Virus record (IMG/VR): IMGVR_UViG_3300032456_000001
Reading direction: 5' to 3' (one strand)
Source: an uncultured virus (IMG/VR IMGVR_UViG_3300032456_000001)
Lineage: Duplodnaviria > Heunggongvirae > Uroviricota > Caudoviricetes
DNA length: 64,000 nt
Below the pieces are notes generated by a model that was not told the DNA's origin, made no database searches, and saw only the letters and a list, made by a program, of their open reading frames with translations. The position numbers and the translations under genes were made by a program. Positions 10,928-20,314 of the stretch are shown in pieces; within the stretch, counting starts at the first letter, position 1; every line of letters starts with the position of its first letter.

Positions 10928-11347
10928 TTGAGGGTTTTTGCTGGAGTATCATACTTAGGTTGATTGTGATTTTTGGTACGAGAACAACCTAAGTACGACG
11001 ACTTGGACTTTACCTGAATGGCTCCATATGTTTGATATCTATAAGTTTCGCAGGTCTTAAATTGATTGAAAATAGTCAATAGAAACTTACTTTTTTACTG
11101 ATCATTGACAAATAGGAGCGGATGTAGTAGTGAATTGGAAAGTGCTTTGGGCAAACTGACATTAGTCAAGCAAAAGGTAACGGACAAAGGTGGTAGGCAA
11201 CAGGTTCGCTGGGAAGTTGCCCAATATAAAATCAAACAAGCTTTGGCTGCTAGCGGGAAAGCACTTGAGGGTTTTTGCTGGAGTATCGTACTTAGGTTGT
11301 TGTGATTTTTGGTACGAGAACAACCTAAGTACGACGACTTGGACTTT
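10928..11347. repeat. ~83-bp direct repeat (10928-11011, 11265-11347), each with an internal hairpin
   Basis: ttgagggtttttgctggagtatc...gacttggacttt occurs twice; internal tacttaggttg / caacctaagta. Confidence 0.9.
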
Positions 11348-11349
11348 GC

Positions 11350-11832
11350 TCAAGTTTGCGGTCTCTCCTCAAGAAACTTTTTAAATGCTGTGGCAACAAG
11401 GTAGTTAATTTCTGCTTCGACTAATGGGATAACAAGGGCAAGCGTCAGCATACTCATGATGCCTGAGTTAGTTTTAACGCCACAAGCGTACATCGCCCCT
11501 ACAGAAATTATTCCTTTTTCATTTAGTCTCGGAAATGTTGTTGCAACAATAGGGGGAATAAAGCGTTCCTCCAAAGTGACACTTTCTACAAATACAAGCG
11601 CACAAAAATCTGCATATTTTACGCATTCCTTTCTAGCTTGATTTAGTAGTCGGTCTGGTACTTCTTCTATATTCCTGAACGGTTCTACCTCAATTGGGAA
11701 ACCACTTGTCAAAGATAGTTTGCAGTTAAGAGGCTTAACTACAACTTTGCCATCACAACAAGACTGATAGCTGAATTGTGTTGGCTTCCCGTAGCCAGTG
11801 TCTAATATCTGCCGACGTTTTTGTTCACCCAT
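11350..11832 (-). CDS. Hypothetical protein
   Basis: 160-aa ATG ORF with the shared leader motif upstream. Confidence 0.5.
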   Translation of the reverse strand: MGEQKRRQILDTGYGKPTQFSYQSCCDGKVVVKPLNCKLSLTSGFPIEVEPFRNIEEVPDRLLNQARKECVKYADFCALVFVESVTLEERFIPPIVATTFPRLNEKGIISVGAMYACGVKTNSGIMSMLTLALVIPLVEAEINYLVATAFKKFLEERPQT

Positions 11833-12204
11833 TGATTTTTCCTTTTTGCTTTTTGAAGTGGTTAAAACATCAAACGCATTAACCTAATATAGATTAATAC
11901 GTTTGACTGTAGATGAAATTACGCTGCAACTGATTCAGAAACAATTACAAATTGACTGGTTGACTCAGGTCTGTACTCGTACAAACAGACTCGATTGAGC
12001 CTTGTATTGAAATCGAGAAAGTCTACGGATGTGCATTCTTCTTCGTTTACTGAAAGCGCGACCCTGGCGTTAGGGTTACATTGCTTGAGGTATTCTATTA
12101 GCTCTGTGACTAGCATTGGTTCTTTCCTTATTCAAAACTTTTTTTGACTTAGCTGTTAATATCTTAGCAAGATAAACAACATTTGTCAAGTCGTCGCTAA
12201 ACTG

Positions 12205-12846
12205 GTGATAATATCTACAATAACTAACCAGCACTTTATGGATTCACTTCTCTCCCTTCAATACGTTCCAATCTCGGAAGCTACATTATTTGAGAAAAAT
12301 CTCAAAAAACATGACCTTGGCAAAATTGCCGACTCATTACGAAAGTATGGATTTAAATCGGCGATTAAGTGGGAGTCCAAACTAAACGGTGGCGCTGGTG
12401 GCGTAGTTGCCGGAAACGGACGAGTAGAAGCGTTATTATGGATGCAACACAACGGGGAGAAGCCACCTAAAGGAATTGCGATTGATGATAGCGGTAACTG
12501 GTGCGTCCCGGTATTGTTTGGAAATGATTCTGAGTCGGAAGTTAAGGCTCGTGCCTATGCGATAGATGACAACGCCCTGACTATGGCTGGCGGTGACTTC
12601 ACGGCGCTTGATATTTCCAGAATGTATGATGAAGGTCTGCTTGCTGAACTTCAAGAACTGGCAGACGCACAGGAGTTAACGATTGGATTTGACGGGGATG
12701 ATATTGACTTTTTGTTAAATCTTGACAATATGCAAAATGAAGATGACGATAATAGTATTAACCCTTCTTCAGCTAAAGAAATAGATGCAGATGATTATGA
12801 ATTCCAACACAAGTGTCCAAAATGTCAATTTGAATTCAACGACTAA
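12205..12846 (+). CDS. ParB/Srx-like N-terminal domain protein with C-terminal CxxC (likely start 12238)
   Basis: NLKKHD, SLRKYGF, VVAGNGRVEAL, AYAIDDN; ends HKCPKCQFEF. Confidence 0.75.
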   Translation: MIISTITNQHFMDSLLSLQYVPISEATLFEKNLKKHDLGKIADSLRKYGFKSAIKWESKLNGGAGGVVAGNGRVEALLWMQHNGEKPPKGIAIDDSGNWCVPVLFGNDSESEVKARAYAIDDNALTMAGGDFTALDISRMYDEGLLAELQELADAQELTIGFDGDDIDFLLNLDNMQNEDDDNSINPSSAKEIDADDYEFQHKCPKCQFEFND

Positions 12847-13879
12847 TCCTCATGCTTGGTTCTTAAAAGATTTGGAGTCTGTGTCAAAAAACGGATTAAA
12901 GGTAATGACAACTTTTAGTTGTGGTGGCGGCAGTTCATTAGGGTATAAATTAGCTGGTTGTGATGTGATTGCTGCTAATGATATAGACCCAGAAATGGCT
13001 TATCACTATAAATTAAATCTGAATCCAAAATATTATTTCTTGTGTCCTGTTAAGGATTTAGTTAAGCAAGAACTGCCTGACGAATTGTTTAGTTTGGATA
13101 TCTTAGACGGTAGCCCACCTTGTTCTAACTTCTCAATGTCTGGTAACAGAGAGAAAGACTGGGGGAAAGCAAAACATTTTAGGGAAGGGCAATCTAATCA
13201 AGTGCTAGATGATTTGTTTTTTGACTACTTAGATTTAGCTGAAAGACTTAAGCCTAAAATCTGTATTGCCGAAAATGTCAAAGGCTTGATTCAAGGCAAC
13301 GCCAAAGGATATGTAAAATTAATAATGGCTAGGTTTAAGGAAATTGGATATACCGTTCAACTATTTCTAGTTAACGCCGCCGATTGTGGCGTTCCACAAA
13401 AGCGAGAGCGTGTGTTTTTCGTAGCGCTACGAAATGATATTGCCAAGCCTAAATTGATTCTTAACCCTACGCACAGATGGATTAGCGCAGGCGATGCTAC
13501 AAGTGATTTACAAATATTGACTGATAGTGAGATTAGAGACACAGCGCCAACTAATTTAACGAAAAATTGGTATTACAAAATAAATCCTGGAGAAGGTTTT
13601 GAAGTTGCAACAGTGCGTGAGCTTGGTCGAAGAGCTTATTTTAATCATTGCAAGATAAGCAGCGCAACTCCTAGCAATACCTTAACCGGGAATCCTGGAA
13701 AGCTCACACATTGGTCAGAATGTCGCACTCTCACATTCCGGGAATGGAAACGCCTTGGCTCATTTCCTGATGACTATCAAGCCAAGACTGACAGAATAGG
13801 TCAATACATGATTGGTATGAGTGTTCCACCTAGAATGATGCAACGAGTAGCTGAGGCAGTTATAGAGCAATGGTTTTGA
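12785..13879 (+). CDS. DNA (cytosine-5) methyltransferase
   Basis: Motif I FSCGGG, IV GSPPC, VI ENV, VIII PQKRERVF, IX RLGSFPDDY, X GMSVPP. Confidence 0.92.
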   Translation: MQMIMNSNTSVQNVNLNSTTNPHAWFLKDLESVSKNGLKVMTTFSCGGGSSLGYKLAGCDVIAANDIDPEMAYHYKLNLNPKYYFLCPVKDLVKQELPDELFSLDILDGSPPCSNFSMSGNREKDWGKAKHFREGQSNQVLDDLFFDYLDLAERLKPKICIAENVKGLIQGNAKGYVKLIMARFKEIGYTVQLFLVNAADCGVPQKRERVFFVALRNDIAKPKLILNPTHRWISAGDATSDLQILTDSEIRDTAPTNLTKNWYYKINPGEGFEVATVRELGRRAYFNHCKISSATPSNTLTGNPGKLTHWSECRTLTFREWKRLGSFPDDYQAKTDRIGQYMIGMSVPPRMMQRVAEAVIEQWF

Positions 13880-13895
13880 CACTGCTTAGCAAAGT

Positions 13896-14258
13896 TCATT
13901 TGTCACAACATTGAACCGTACAGGCTACAATTTCAACTATTAAGCAATCAATTTCATCGCAAACTTTCCATTCATGCAACCTGTTTTCTATTTCGTCAAT
14001 TGCGCGCTGTAGTCCGTGGGATGCACAATTTTCTGAGATTAAGTTGTAAACCGTACTAGCTTTGTCGCCTTTGCCATAGAAGTTGTCTCTATCTTGTAAT
14101 GCTTCTTTAGTGAACTTAACTAACTCTTTGATAAGTCCACCCACTAACTCGTCAGTCAAACTAAGTTTGCCATTGTGGAACTCAAATGCCGCCATTGCTG
14201 AAGCAAGCTGACTGCTAATTAATACTTCGTTGTCGTTAAGCCATTTAATTATTTGCAT
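13896..14258 (-). CDS. Hypothetical protein
   Basis: 120-aa ORF overlapping the upstream HTH gene. Confidence 0.45.
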   Translation of the reverse strand: MQIIKWLNDNEVLISSQLASAMAAFEFHNGKLSLTDELVGGLIKELVKFTKEALQDRDNFYGKGDKASTVYNLISENCASHGLQRAIDEIENRLHEWKVCDEIDCLIVEIVACTVQCCDK

Positions 14259-14469
14259 CTTTTTCCCTTTTTAAATGCTTCCAAGTTTTTCTGGTCAACA
14301 CATCATGAATTGTACTTTTAGACACTCCAAACTTTTGACAAATTGATTGAATACTAAATCCTTCAGATTGGTGGAGCTTGATAATCTCCCAAACGTCACC
14401 CTCGGTTAGGATTGAACGAGGGTGATTCTCTCCACGATTGTCACGAGTCCTGTAGTTGTTAATTGGCAT
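14245..14469 (-). CDS. HTH protein resembling the C-terminal DNA-binding part of HNH homing endonucleases
   Basis: GENHPRSILTE...ICQKFGVSKSTIHDVLTRKTWKHL. Confidence 0.65.
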   Translation of the reverse strand: MPINNYRTRDNRGENHPRSILTEGDVWEIIKLHQSEGFSIQSICQKFGVSKSTIHDVLTRKTWKHLKREKDANN

Positions 14470-14504
14470 CGGTTACGCTCTTATTGGCGGGTCTTGTTGT
14501 TACG

Positions 14505-14670
14505 ACACGACAGCATCCAAACAATTTAGCAAGACTATGAACTTGCGGAGAATTTGGATATATGCGATATTTGTATCGTTGTATTATATAACTATTCTAA
14601 CAGTAAAAACCATTAATACAATAGACATATTAAGAATACGACTCACTTAAAGAAAGAAAAAAAGACGGTC
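14505..14670 (-). pseudogene. tnpB: Remnant of the tnpB 5' end and upstream IS sequence
   Basis: Aligns with 36113-36280 (acacgacagcatccaaacaatttagcaagacta...attaagaatacgactca); start codon lost. Confidence 0.85.
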
Positions 14671-14775
14671 AATAAAAGCTTTTTATTTGATGTTACTTAT
14701 TGCGCGATTTCATTGCAATAACCGTCTTTAACTGATACCATAATAAGGCAGTCAAATCACAAAGGATCAAAGTAT

Positions 14776-15237
14776 ATGTCATTGTTCAATATCGATGTCG
14801 ATTGCATACTAACCTCTGAAGAAGTCAGATATCTTCTGGAAGAATCGGAAGAAGAAGACAGAGATATTGCCAAAATCATAAAACGTTGGACGCAATACTT
14901 AAGGCAATGCTTGCGCTCGAAAGCGTTTTGCGACAACAATCCCAACAAGATTCGGGCAACAGTCCGTAAAGAAGAACAGACTTATATCTTCGAGACTGTA
15001 GGCGAGAAACCGATTTACAAACAGTCACTCTGTGCCAGAAATTGCGGTTATATGTGTATAACAGAAATTTGTTACCTGACTAAAATGCCTACGAGCGCTC
15101 AGATGGAAGGAATCTCAATATCAGTAATTGAAGAAATTTCTGATAAGTTTTATCTAGTTTCGTCACCCATTAAGTGCCTGCTAGATGCAGGATTCATACT
15201 TAAATTAATCGTACCTAGAGAGTTTCTAGGACTTTGA
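14776..15237 (+). CDS. Hypothetical protein
   Basis: 153-aa ATG ORF. Confidence 0.4.
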   Translation: MSLFNIDVDCILTSEEVRYLLEESEEEDRDIAKIIKRWTQYLRQCLRSKAFCDNNPNKIRATVRKEEQTYIFETVGEKPIYKQSLCARNCGYMCITEICYLTKMPTSAQMEGISISVIEEISDKFYLVSSPIKCLLDAGFILKLIVPREFLGL

Positions 15238-15355
15238 TTTTGTAACTCCGCTGGAGCATTCTGAATAACTTCTTTAAGCGTTACTGTGTGACTCCTTTAA
15301 GTGGTGCGGGGCGCAACTCCCGCTGATGCGATTAAAGATTAGAAATGCTGTTAGA

Positions 15356-15700
15356 CTAAATATTCGCCATGTTGTTAAACGTTCGTTGGATTGCTTCAAT
15401 CAATTGAGCTTCTGTTAATTGCTGTAAGTATTCTACCGCCAAGTCTCGTCCTTCTTCTGTGTGAAAGTTTCCTCTTGATGATTCGTAATTTTTATCAGTA
15501 TTTTTTGAAATCAGTGGAATATCATCGCCTAAACTAGAGTAGCCTCGCAAACATCCAAGTACAATCCATCCTTCGAGTATTACTATATTTGTTATCAGAT
15601 CACCCGACCCTATTAGATTGTAAATCTGGTAACTCTGGACGCTAATTCGGTAATTAACGGCATCAATTGCGATGTCTCTAGTTACGTTTAAGTGTGTCAT
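15356..15700 (-). CDS. Hypothetical protein
   Basis: 114-aa ATG ORF. Confidence 0.45.
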   Translation of the reverse strand: MTHLNVTRDIAIDAVNYRISVQSYQIYNLIGSGDLITNIVILEGWIVLGCLRGYSSLGDDIPLISKNTDKNYESSRGNFHTEEGRDLAVEYLQQLTEAQLIEAIQRTFNNMANI

Positions 15701-15812
15701 GTCAGTGTTGGTGGTTGATTAGTGGTTGCTTGCGCGTTGTGTGAGTCGCGCCCCTCTGAGTTGGACTGGTTGATGTTACTTCGCGTTTGACGGATGCGCG
15801 ACCCCCGCAAAC

Positions 15813-16514
15813 TTAGTACCGTCCCATTATGATGTCTCTGCTAATGTAGGCGTAACCTTCTGAATGCCTGGCAGAACCGGAGTAATCATCGTAATCATGG
15901 TATCGCCCTGGCACACTTTCAATCTCATTGTCAAACTCTTCTTTCAAGCTTTCAAGCGTAATTTCCTGTTGAAGGATTGCAACTTGCACCGCATCAAGTT
16001 TGTACTGTTGGATAATATTTTCTGGAAGTTTTGCACCTTTCTTGCATAGATAGGTTTGCGACTCAGACTGCCATTCTTTTTTGCCCCATAACTCCATTTG
16101 ATACCAGTCAAGCTTAGGAATAGCTTGGATTTCTTCGATTGTGCAATAGATTGATTCAAAGACTTCTATAGGTTGAATAGGTTCGGTTGGTATTGGTGTC
16201 ATGACGTTTTCCATTTTTGTATAAACGATATTACGAGCGTTCCAGATAGCCTCAAATTGTCCAAGCATTTCTGCTTGAGGATTGGCTAGGGCTCGTTGAA
16301 ACAACTTATCCTCCTGCTGGCGCAAGGTATCTAATTGAAAGCGGTAATCGGCGATTGTTGGATTGAGCGCAGGTGACTCACAAGCAGTTGCTGTGGGTAT
16401 AGAGTTTTCGACTAAAGCCTTTAACCAGGTTTCTTTCTTTCTTTTGCCTCCGGTAACTACAATTTTGCTTTCTGCTGCGTATGCTTTAAGCTGAGAGAAG
16501 TTTAGGTTTTTCAT
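15813..16514 (-). CDS. Protein with N-terminal HeH/Rho_N-like motif
   Basis: LNFSQLKAYAAESKIVVTGGKRKKETWLKAL. Confidence 0.5.
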   Translation of the reverse strand: MKNLNFSQLKAYAAESKIVVTGGKRKKETWLKALVENSIPTATACESPALNPTIADYRFQLDTLRQQEDKLFQRALANPQAEMLGQFEAIWNARNIVYTKMENVMTPIPTEPIQPIEVFESIYCTIEEIQAIPKLDWYQMELWGKKEWQSESQTYLCKKGAKLPENIIQQYKLDAVQVAILQQEITLESLKEEFDNEIESVPGRYHDYDDYSGSARHSEGYAYISRDIIMGRY

Positions 16515-16686
16515 GGTTTGTTTTTGAAGTGGTTCGTTTTTTTGACTCTAAAACTATCATATAGGCTACCCAGTAATTTGTCAAGCGTTTTGGGAAAGTA
16601 CTTTTTGAGGAGTTCTGAAACGTATACTAGGCAACAACTAGAGTAGTGTGGGAGCGGATTACTTTGCGCTCCCTTTGATTGACTTG

Positions 16687-17295
16687 CTAGCTACTGGCAT
16701 TAAGCGCCGTTATTAGTTCGGATTTTTTCATTTTTCCGTAGTTCTTAATCTTGCCTGACGCTAGCTTCTTCAACTCTCGAATACCTAGTTTGTCGTAGTT
16801 TGTAGGCGTTGGAATGCTTAGCGGTAGCGGTGCAGGGACAATTGGAGTAACTTTTGGAGGTTGCGGTGTTGCCTTGTTTTTGACTTTCTTAGTGGTAACT
16901 GGTACGGGTGGAGTAGACTTTGGCAGGGGGAGGCAGAGTTGCGGTTGCGGTACTGGCGGTAGTTGCGTCTCTATGGCGACAAAGACAAGCTCAGACTTCA
17001 ACTCCCAAGGGTTCGGAATGATTGTCAACTCCGGCAGTAGCTCCGGCTCGTGTAGCGCGGTGAGAGCTTCTTCTGCTTGTTTAAGTACCTTGAGTTCCCG
17101 TTTCATTTCTTTCAATTCAGCTTCGATTTCAGCCTTCTGTTTTTCGATTTGAGTGCGACGCTCTGTCACGCTCTTTCGGGCTCGTTCTATTTCTTTTTTT
17201 TTCTTATCCTTGGGGTACAGAGAAAGGATTGCGATAGCTACGACAGTAGCAGTGGTTGCAGTAGCAGCGGTTTTGATGGCTTTGGTGAAGTTCAT
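16687..17295 (-). CDS. Coiled-coil, Pro-rich protein with C-terminal Rho_N-like domain
   Basis: YDKLGIRELKKLASGKIKNYGKMKKSELITAL. Confidence 0.7.
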   Translation of the reverse strand: MNFTKAIKTAATATTATVVAIAILSLYPKDKKKKEIERARKSVTERRTQIEKQKAEIEAELKEMKRELKVLKQAEEALTALHEPELLPELTIIPNPWELKSELVFVAIETQLPPVPQPQLCLPLPKSTPPVPVTTKKVKNKATPQPPKVTPIVPAPLPLSIPTPTNYDKLGIRELKKLASGKIKNYGKMKKSELITALNASS

Positions 17296-17398
17296 GATTT
17301 TTGCCTTGAGTGAAGTGATTGTGTGTGACTGAAGTGGTGGTGTGCAATAGTTGAATGATTTAGGCGTGGGGCGGTTTCCCGCCCGGTTGAGGTTCTAT

Positions 17399-17746
17399 TT
17401 AGTTTTCGGAAACCTGAGAAATATAAATCTTCTCTAGGTGGTCAGGAGAGAAAATGAGTTGAAAATCTTTGAAACTTTCGAGACTCTTCTCGAGCAGCAC
17501 TGCCAGTGTTTCGTCGTCATTGTCGTCGCAGACCGAGTAACACGTCTGTACTGCGTACCCGGTGGGTGACGCTTCAGTTAAATAGATGATGGAATGAAGG
17601 AGGATATCGTCGTCTGATACGTAAGTCTTCCACCAGAATCCCGATTTGTCTTCGGTGTCGCCACCAGTCATCGTGAACTCAATTTGGTTGGACTGCTGTA
17701 GCGCTAGCAGCGCGGTGGAAATGAGCGAGGCGTTCATGTTAAGCAT
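17399..17746 (-). CDS. Hypothetical protein
   Basis: 115-aa ORF downstream of a conserved promoter copy. Confidence 0.45.
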   Translation of the reverse strand: MLNMNASLISTALLALQQSNQIEFTMTGGDTEDKSGFWWKTYVSDDDILLHSIIYLTEASPTGYAVQTCYSVCDDNDDETLAVLLEKSLESFKDFQLIFSPDHLEKIYISQVSEN

Positions 17747-17960
17747 ATTGGGTTTTCAAGGTTCAGTGGTGTTTTGTATCTGTTATCACTATAGGCTACT
17801 GTCCGAGATTTGTCAAGCGTTTTTCAAAAGTATTTTTTGAGGAGGCTTGAGACGTATACTGGGTAACAGTTGTGGACAGTAGCGGTAGTGAGGCGTTGTT
17901 GGCGGTTCGTTTTCCAGCTAAAACTACTGTCCCACAGATTTTGGGATTTGTCAAGCATTT

Positions 17961-18563
17961 TTGCAAAGAAACTGTCACAAGGGCTTAAAAAGTATGTGGT
18001 GTAACGATTACACGGAAACTGGCACAAGGGGGTTGACAGATAGCGTGACGGTAGCGTATATTCGCGGGCGTGGGTGTGATTCAGTAAATATGCTGACCCA
18101 TCAAAATCGGGGCTTCCCAAAATCCGGTCAGCATGGTAGCCTAGATGAGCACGAAAACACGGAAATCAGTAAAATGTCACTTCAGCAAAAAGAATCCTCG
18201 CAGTCGCAAGAGTCAGGCGTAACCTTTACTCGCGACGCAAGGGGAAGGACTATGCAACAAACCATCGCCATAGTCTCAGCGGGTGCGGTCACGCTACCAG
18301 ACGGAACAATTTTTCAATTAGATTCAGAACAGGGTAGGGACTGGCTGCAATCGGTTCCATCTTTTCGGTTCGTGCCTTCTCTGGGGCATAAACCTTTCAC
18401 TGCCAGAAGACAGCCACAGAATGCTCTGTGGTATTGGTACGGCTGTCGAAAAATGGGTGGGAAAAGCCCTAAAAAGAAGTATATTGGAGTTAACACGCCG
18501 GAAGTAATAACAATCACCAGACTGGAAGAGGTTGCAAGGGAATTAACCGATTTGGAGCCTTAA
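17961..18563 (+). CDS. Hypothetical nucleic-acid-binding protein (true start probably later)
   Basis: FTARRQ...WYGCRKMGGKSPKKKYIG motif. Confidence 0.45.
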   Translation: MQRNCHKGLKSMWCNDYTETGTRGLTDSVTVAYIRGRGCDSVNMLTHQNRGFPKSGQHGSLDEHENTEISKMSLQQKESSQSQESGVTFTRDARGRTMQQTIAIVSAGAVTLPDGTIFQLDSEQGRDWLQSVPSFRFVPSLGHKPFTARRQPQNALWYWYGCRKMGGKSPKKKYIGVNTPEVITITRLEEVARELTDLEP

Positions 18564-19253
18564 TTAAAATTGTGAATTAAACTCTAAACTATCTTTTTTC
18601 TGAGTGACGGCGCTACCAAAATAATGTTTGAGCAATTCAGAGTCGTTAGTTTTTTTACCTTCTATATGCGCGTAAGTTTGAGCTTTCTTAAATCCAAAGC
18701 GCTCGTCAACAAATAAAGAACGATGAAAGTGTGCATTTAACCCTGACAGCCATATTTGATTCAAGTCTTCAGTGATGTTGTCGTTCCAAAATAGTTTCGA
18801 GCCTGAGCGCACTCCAAAGGCATAGCCATCAATACTTCCACTGCTGCGAAAAGGCTTTAATCCGTGGTAGCTGGCGGCAACACAATTAGCACTAAATCCG
18901 AATAAATATGTACCTAGTTGAGTTGCTATCTCGTCAGCATTGTGAATCAACTCTGTTACCTTTTCTGGCTCTACTTTCGTTGATTCACTCTTAATTCCAC
19001 ACAGCTTTAAACAATTGATAATATTGTCACTTATAAAAAAAACGTGATTAAACTTATCCAATATCCATTTATTCCGAGTAGCGAAAGTCTCAACACTGTC
19101 AGGATATCCAATGATTTCTACGTTTGAATTATATCTTTGGTAGTCACTAACTTGAGATTCTGGAACGCACAAAGTTCCACCTTCAACTAGCTTGTGAACG
19201 ATAACGCTCGACGCTTTGTTTTTACTGGGAATAATGATTTTAAGGCTCATCAA
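18564..19253 (-). CDS. GT-A fold TAGT/GREB1-like glycosyltransferase, possibly degenerate
   Basis: IIIPSKNKA, LCVPESQVSDY, RNKWILD; the expected DDD motif reads SDN. Confidence 0.6.
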   Translation of the reverse strand: MMSLKIIIPSKNKASSVIVHKLVEGGTLCVPESQVSDYQRYNSNVEIIGYPDSVETFATRNKWILDKFNHVFFISDNIINCLKLCGIKSESTKVEPEKVTELIHNADEIATQLGTYLFGFSANCVAASYHGLKPFRSSGSIDGYAFGVRSGSKLFWNDNITEDLNQIWLSGLNAHFHRSLFVDERFGFKKAQTYAHIEGKKTNDSELLKHYFGSAVTQKKDSLEFNSQF

Positions 19254-19483
19254 ACTTCACCTTTCAGTTGCTTGCTTTCAGCTCTCCACAATTGGCAAAA
19301 CTTTTCAGCTTTGATAACGTGCGTTTGTCCAACGTGATTACCTTTAAAACTTTTGTTGGTTTCAAGTTCTAGTACGGTTTTTAAGAAAGCGTAATCCATC
19401 TCGTTTGTTGACGCAATCATGATGCAATCGTACCTCTCTGCCATCCTTGGAACGATTGGATAGACTGGTTTCGACTCTGGCAA
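19250..19483 (-). pseudogene. 5'-truncated gene fragment (probable C-terminus of a ParB-type partner)
   Basis: No ATG; overlaps the out-of-frame tail of the radical SAM fragment. Confidence 0.4.
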
Positions 19484-19818
19484 CTCCGGTTCTGCCGGGT
19501 CTGCAAGGTATATGGAATTCCTTTAAGTATAAATAATTCAAGAATGCTCAGGCTTAAGTCTTCGTTTGTCGTCGCAAACGGGTCAACGTGATTGGAAAAT
19601 AGCACGGGATAACCTTGTTGCAGTAGCCACGCTGCATAGCTTGTCTTTTTCTTGTAGCTTGTGAGAAAATTAAATATTTTCTTAGCTTCTGCTTTGCGGT
19701 TTGGTAGATTCAAGTTTGCAAAACAGTAAGCGCAATTGTGAATACACCAATTCAAGCTCAGCTCTAATGGCGCACACGAGTTGTAGAATAAACCTCCCCA
19801 ATACACGCCTAAAGTCAT
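19417..19818 (-). pseudogene. Truncated radical SAM protein
   Basis: CIHNCAYC (CxxxCxxC), then DPF and LQTR motifs; only 133 aa with an unrelated tail. Confidence 0.75.
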
Positions 19819-19868
19819 CTTGTTTATGAATTGTTGACACTATCTTTAGTGTCAACAATTGCAACCCC

Positions 19869-20306
19869 ATGACCGAGACTGTAGATTTTGACGATGAATC
19901 AACTTTAGAATCAGGGGAGGAGCAGCCAACTGAAACTTCTCGCGGCCGCCCCAAGAAAGTCTTTACAGAAGCAGAGTTACGCTCAATTGGCGTAATGGCT
20001 GGTTACGGATTACCTGTCGGACATATAGCAGCGATTTTGGGTGTGTCCGAATCAACCTTGTACCGCAATAAAAAATGGAACCCAACCATTAAAGAAGCTT
20101 ATGACAAAGGTTTAGCCAGAGCAAGGATAACTGTCGCTAAAGTGCTTTTTGAAAAGGCAACCGTTGACCGTGACATGACGGCACTAATTTGGTATGAGAA
20201 GACTCGCTGCGGGATGAAAGAAAAGACTGAAGAAGCTCCTCAACAAATCAATTTAGATAGGCCGCAAACTGTGTCTATTTACCTTCCTGAAAACAATCGA
20301 GATTAA
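19869..20306 (+). CDS. terS: Terminase small subunit (HTH type)
   Basis: GRPKK, IAAILGVSESTLYR, TALIWYEKTRCG; directly upstream of terL. Confidence 0.8.
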   Translation: MTETVDFDDESTLESGEEQPTETSRGRPKKVFTEAELRSIGVMAGYGLPVGHIAAILGVSESTLYRNKKWNPTIKEAYDKGLARARITVAKVLFEKATVDRDMTALIWYEKTRCGMKEKTEEAPQQINLDRPQTVSIYLPENNRD

Positions 20307-20314
20307 GTCTGGCT

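Noticed and set aside
10928..11347. Mini-CRISPR
   Set aside because: Only two ~83-bp units about 250 bp apart
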